Shown: positions 28,691-32,000 of the stretch, piece after piece
Numbering within the stretch: the stretch's first letter is position 1
Layout: every line of letters starts with the position of its first letter
Assembly: GCF_000009045.1 (NCBI RefSeq)
Contig: NC_000964.3
Coordinates: 900,001-932,000, forward strand
DNA: 32,000 nt
From: Bacillus subtilis subsp. subtilis str. 168
GTDB lineage: Bacteria; Bacillota; Bacilli; Bacillales; Bacillaceae
Reading direction: 5' to 3'
Made by a program: the position numbers and the translations under genes
The notes under the pieces: generated by a model
The model's database searches: none
What the model was told of the DNA's origin: nothing
What the model saw: only the letters and a program-made list of their open reading frames with translations

Positions 28691-28802
28691 ATTTTCTTAA
28701 AATTACCTTAACAGGAAGAAATCATAAACAAAACATGTTTCACCAGCCTGTCAATCAGGGAATACCACTTATATCTTGTCAAAATGCGAGGAGGAGCTTT
28801 AT

Positions 28803-29321
28803 ATGAAAAAGAAACAAGTAATGCTCGCTTTAACAGCTGCCGCAGGACTGGGTTTGACAGCACTTCATTCCGCTCCCGCAGCAAAAGCTGCGCCCCTTCA
28901 CGACATATCTGTCAGCATGCCATCATCCGATACTTACATCATAAAAGCAGGAAAGCTGAATGTCCGGACTGAGCCAAATCATGAAGGTGATATTCTCGGC
29001 ACTGTATCATCAGAACAAAAGGTAAAAGTCGATAGGTTCGTAAATGCCGATTGGGCTCAAATTCATTTCAAAGGAAAGAAAGCATATATTTCAACTCACT
29101 TTTTAATGAAAACCGCAAGCCAAGCGAAAACAACGAAACAGACAGCCTTCTATACACCGACGCCCGAAAACGGAAAAGCTAAGCAGCTCTCATCTGGAAC
29201 AGAGGTGACAATACTTGGGTGGGGATTCAGTGAAAACGGCGGATTTGACTTCACTTGGGCGTTCGTGGATTATGGCGGAGTTAAAGGCTATATTCACACA
29301 AAGGATTTACAAATGCGATAA
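28803..29321 (+). CDS. yfhK: Secreted SH3b-domain protein
   Basis: Signal peptide MKKKQVMLALTAAAGLGLTALHSAPAAKA followed by GKLNVRTEPNHEGDILGTV SH3b; start corrected to 28803 (172 aa). Confidence 0.87.
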   Translation: MKKKQVMLALTAAAGLGLTALHSAPAAKAAPLHDISVSMPSSDTYIIKAGKLNVRTEPNHEGDILGTVSSEQKVKVDRFVNADWAQIHFKGKKAYISTHFLMKTASQAKTTKQTAFYTPTPENGKAKQLSSGTEVTILGWGFSENGGFDFTWAFVDYGGVKGYIHTKDLQMR

Positions 29322-29356
29322 AAAGGCAGGCCGAGGCTTGTCTTTTTGCCTATGCA

Positions 29357-29382
29357 TGAAACATTTCTTCTTTCTGCACGTA
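29357..29382 (+). promoter_or_regulatory. Sigma-W (ECF) promoter for yfhLM
   Basis: TGAAAC - 16 nt - CGTA, 24 nt upstream of the yfhL ATG. Confidence 0.85.
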
Positions 29383-29405
29383 ACAATGAGAAAGGAGATG
29401 ATGAT

Positions 29406-29738
29406 ATGACGGGTTTAGTCGGCGGAGGGCTTATGATCATTGCGGGCATACTGATCAAACTGTTTCCTCCCAAATCGATCAACAGTGTGTACGGATACAG
29501 AACGAGACGCTCAATGTCAGATCAAAGATTATGGAATGAAGCGAACCGTTACAGTGCATCATTAATGATCCTGTCAGGCTTGGTGATTGCGGGAATGGGT
29601 TTGCTGCTGGGATCAAACTTGTTTATTCTTCAGCTTATCCTGCTGATTGCCGCCTGTGTCATAACATTTATGCTAACGGAGAAAAGGCTGAAAATCATGA
29701 CGCACAGTCAAGGAGGAGATAGAAGTGGACGGAGTTAA
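29406..29738 (+). CDS. yfhL: SdpI/YhfL-family membrane protein (SdpC immunity-like)
   Basis: 110 aa; LIKLFPPKSINSVYGYRTRRSMSDQRLWNEANRYS typical of the SdpI family; start corrected to 29406. Confidence 0.88.
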   Translation: MTGLVGGGLMIIAGILIKLFPPKSINSVYGYRTRRSMSDQRLWNEANRYSASLMILSGLVIAGMGLLLGSNLFILQLILLIAACVITFMLTEKRLKIMTHSQGGDRSGRS

Positions 29739-30585
29739 ATGCCAGTTTGTCAATACGAACGGAATCACGCTTCACGTTGCAGCCGCAGGACGGGAAGATG
29801 GCCCGTTAATTGTCCTGCTCCATGGATTTCCTGAGTTTTGGTACGGCTGGAAAAATCAAATCAAACCGCTTGTTGATGCGGGTTACCGGGTCATTGCTCC
29901 TGATCAGCGGGGCTACAATCTCAGTGACAAACCGGAAGGAATTGATTCGTATCGGATTGATACATTAAGAGATGATATCATCGGGCTTATTACGCAATTC
30001 ACTGATGAAAAAGCAATTGTCATCGGTCATGACTGGGGAGGAGCTGTCGCATGGCATTTGGCTTCCACACGCCCGGAATATCTTGAAAAACTGATCGCGA
30101 TCAATATCCCGCACCCGCACGTCATGAAAACCGTAACGCCGCTTTATCCGCCGCAATGGCTGAAAAGCTCGTATATCGCATACTTCCAGCTGCCCGATAT
30201 ACCGGAGGCATCACTAAGGGAAAATGATTATGATACATTAGACAAAGCGATTGGATTATCCGACCGTCCCGCGCTTTTTACATCCGAGGATGTCAGCAGG
30301 TACAAAGAAGCGTGGAAGCAGCCGGGCGCGCTGACAGCTATGCTGAACTGGTACAGAGCCCTCAGAAAAGGAAGCTTGGCAGAGAAACCCTCTTACGAAA
30401 CAGTACCTTACCGAATGATCTGGGGAATGGAAGACCGCTTTTTGAGCAGAAAGCTTGCGAAAGAGACGGAAAGGCATTGCCCGAATGGACATCTCATCTT
30501 TGTTGATGAAGCTTCCCATTGGATTAACCACGAAAAGCCAGCCATCGTCAATCAGCTGATTTTGGAATATCTTAAGAACCAATAA
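29725..30585 (+). CDS. yfhM: Alpha/beta hydrolase (epoxide hydrolase-like)
   Basis: 286 aa; LLHGFPEFWYGWKNQI, VIGHDWGGAVAW, EASHWINHEKP; overlaps yfhL by 14 nt. Confidence 0.9.
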   Translation: MDGVKCQFVNTNGITLHVAAAGREDGPLIVLLHGFPEFWYGWKNQIKPLVDAGYRVIAPDQRGYNLSDKPEGIDSYRIDTLRDDIIGLITQFTDEKAIVIGHDWGGAVAWHLASTRPEYLEKLIAINIPHPHVMKTVTPLYPPQWLKSSYIAYFQLPDIPEASLRENDYDTLDKAIGLSDRPALFTSEDVSRYKEAWKQPGALTAMLNWYRALRKGSLAEKPSYETVPYRMIWGMEDRFLSRKLAKETERHCPNGHLIFVDEASHWINHEKPAIVNQLILEYLKNQ

Positions 30586-30703
30586 GCTAAAATTTCTCTC
30601 CATCCGTCTGTCATAATGGCAGACTTTTTCTGTGCGTTTTTTTTCATAGTCTGTTTTAAACATGACAAAATAACATTAAAAATCATGAATGTCACCATAA
30701 AAT

Positions 30704-30745
30704 TGTAACAAAAAACAGGTTTAAACGACTTTAAAAAAAGGAATA
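30704..30745 (+). promoter_or_regulatory. Overlapping sigma-X-like and sigma-B-like promoters for csbB
   Basis: TGTAAC (30704) - 16 nt - CGAC (30726); GTTTAA (30719) - 15 nt - GGAATA (30740). Confidence 0.7.
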
Positions 30746-30817
30746 GCCTTACTGAAGATTTGTGTAAAACTCCCCTAAGGCAATACTTAAAAAGAATAAT
30801 AAAAAGAAGGTGCCTTA

Positions 30818-31807
30818 ATGAAGCAAGGATTAATCTCGATTATTATCCCGTCTTACAATGAAGGGTATAATGTTAAACTCATTCATGAATCTTTAAAAAA
30901 GGAATTTAAAAACATTCATTATGACTATGAAATATTCTTCATAAACGACGGAAGTGTTGATGACACGCTTCAGCAGATCAAAGACTTGGCAGCGACGTGC
31001 AGCCGGGTAAAATATATATCTTTTTCTCGAAACTTTGGAAAAGAAGCCGCAATTTTGGCGGGCTTTGAGCATGTTCAGGGCGAGGCGGTTATTGTCATGG
31101 ATGCCGATCTGCAGCATCCGACATATTTGCTGAAGGAATTTATCAAAGGCTACGAAGAAGGGTATGACCAAGTCATTGCCCAAAGGAACAGAAAAGGGGA
31201 CAGCTTTGTCCGCTCACTCTTATCATCTATGTATTACAAGTTCATTAATAAAGCGGTGGAAGTCGATTTGCGTGACGGTGTCGGTGACTTCAGATTGTTA
31301 AGCCGCCAAGCTGTGAATGCACTTTTGAAGCTGAGCGAAGGAAACCGCTTCTCAAAAGGCCTTTTTTGCTGGATTGGCTTTGATCAGAAAATTGTATTTT
31401 ATGAAAATGTCGAACGAAAAAACGGCACCTCCAAATGGTCGTTCAGCAGTCTGTTTAACTACGGAATGGACGGCGTCGTTTCATTTAATCATAAGCCGCT
31501 GAGATTATGTTTTTATACAGGCATTTTCATCCTGCTGCTTTCCATCATTTATATCATTGCCACATTCGTTAAAATTCTGACTAACGGTATTTCTGTGCCT
31601 GGGTATTTCACCATTATCTCAGCAGTGTTATTTCTCGGCGGAGTACAGCTGTTAAGTCTTGGAATAATAGGTGAATATATCGGCCGAATCTATTATGAAA
31701 CAAAAAAACGCCCGCATTATTTGATCAAAGAGGCGAATATCCCGAACAAAGACCTGCCTGAAACGAACGAATTAAAAAGCATGCGGCGTCTGACAAAAAT
31801 GCACTGA
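30818..31807 (+). CDS. csbB: GT2 family glycosyltransferase CsbB (GtrB/DpmA-like)
   Basis: 329 aa; SIIIPSYNEGYNVKLI, VIVMDADLQHP, two C-terminal TM helices. Confidence 0.92.
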   Translation: MKQGLISIIIPSYNEGYNVKLIHESLKKEFKNIHYDYEIFFINDGSVDDTLQQIKDLAATCSRVKYISFSRNFGKEAAILAGFEHVQGEAVIVMDADLQHPTYLLKEFIKGYEEGYDQVIAQRNRKGDSFVRSLLSSMYYKFINKAVEVDLRDGVGDFRLLSRQAVNALLKLSEGNRFSKGLFCWIGFDQKIVFYENVERKNGTSKWSFSSLFNYGMDGVVSFNHKPLRLCFYTGIFILLLSIIYIIATFVKILTNGISVPGYFTIISAVLFLGGVQLLSLGIIGEYIGRIYYETKKRPHYLIKEANIPNKDLPETNELKSMRRLTKMH

Positions 31808-31811
31808 AAAT

Positions 31812-31838
31812 ACCAAGCGCCATTGGCAGTGCTTTTTT
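31812..31838 (+). terminator. Weak hairpin with T tract after csbB
   Basis: AAGCGCCATTGGCAGTGCTTTTTTT; imperfect stem. Confidence 0.45.
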
Positions 31839-31878
31839 TGCGTGTCTATTATCTTAAAAGCAAGACTGGAGAATTCAT

Positions 31879-32000
31879 ATGAAAAGAAAACATATCATGA
31901 TCTATGCGGCCAGTTTGCTGGTGTCCGTTCTGGCACACGCTTTTTTTGTGAAAGAATGGGCGGAAGGCAGGTATATGACAGGTCCGGGTGACGGGCTTGC
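31879..32000 (+). CDS. yfhO: YfhO family multi-TM glycosyltransferase, 5' fragment cut by the window edge
   Basis: MKRKHIMIYAASLLVSVLAHAFFVKEWAEGRYMTGPGDGL... open to the window end; position after csbB. Confidence 0.75.
   Translation, partial: MKRKHIMIYAASLLVSVLAHAFFVKEWAEGRYMTGPGDGL

Noticed and set aside
29323-29350. Terminator after yfhK (AAAAAGGCAGGCCGAGGCTTGTCTTTTT)
   Set aside because: Plausible but needs a G-T wobble and an internal mismatch; left out of the feature list pending folding calculation.
140-30663. Numerous 60-160 aa ORFs antisense to or out of frame with the main genes (for example 4380..4835 -, 8726..9091 -, 18098..18541 -, 20831..21277 -)
   Set aside because: They lie wholly inside well-supported coding genes, have low-complexity or composition-driven translations, and lack convincing RBSs. 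They are typical shadow ORFs.
1-32000. CRISPR array, integrase, transposase, phage genes, toxin-antitoxin or novel defence island
   Set aside because: No regular spaced repeats, no recombinase motifs and no attachment-site-like direct repeats were seen. Gene order matches the conserved B. subtilis-group backbone.

Overview
This 32 kb window is an ordinary Bacillus subtilis-group chromosomal segment. Gene content and order match the yfiG-to-yfhO region (yfiGHI, lnrJK-lnrLMN, padR, estB, yfiQ, yfiRS, yfiT, yfiU, yfiV, mprF, yfiY, yfiZ-yfhA, yfhB, yfhC, yfhD, yfhE, yfhF, recX, yfhH, yfhI, sspK, yfhJ, yfhK, yfhLM, csbB, start of yfhO). Family calls rest on protein motifs visible in the translations and on recall of this locus; no database search was run. 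I see no tRNA/rRNA, CRISPR array, transposon, prophage or clear undescribed system. The most useful extra signals are regulatory: (i) a TetR-type palindrome next to a 17-bp-spaced promoter for yfiS; (ii) a MarR-type palindrome between the -35 and -10 of yfiU; (iii) Fur-box-like elements at yfiY/yfiZ and yfhC; (iv) a near-consensus sigma-W promoter for yfhLM; (v) overlapping sigma-X/sigma-B-like promoters for csbB; (vi) convergent genes whose ends overlap or lie inside a shared terminator. Several ORF-track starts were moved to better-placed start codons.
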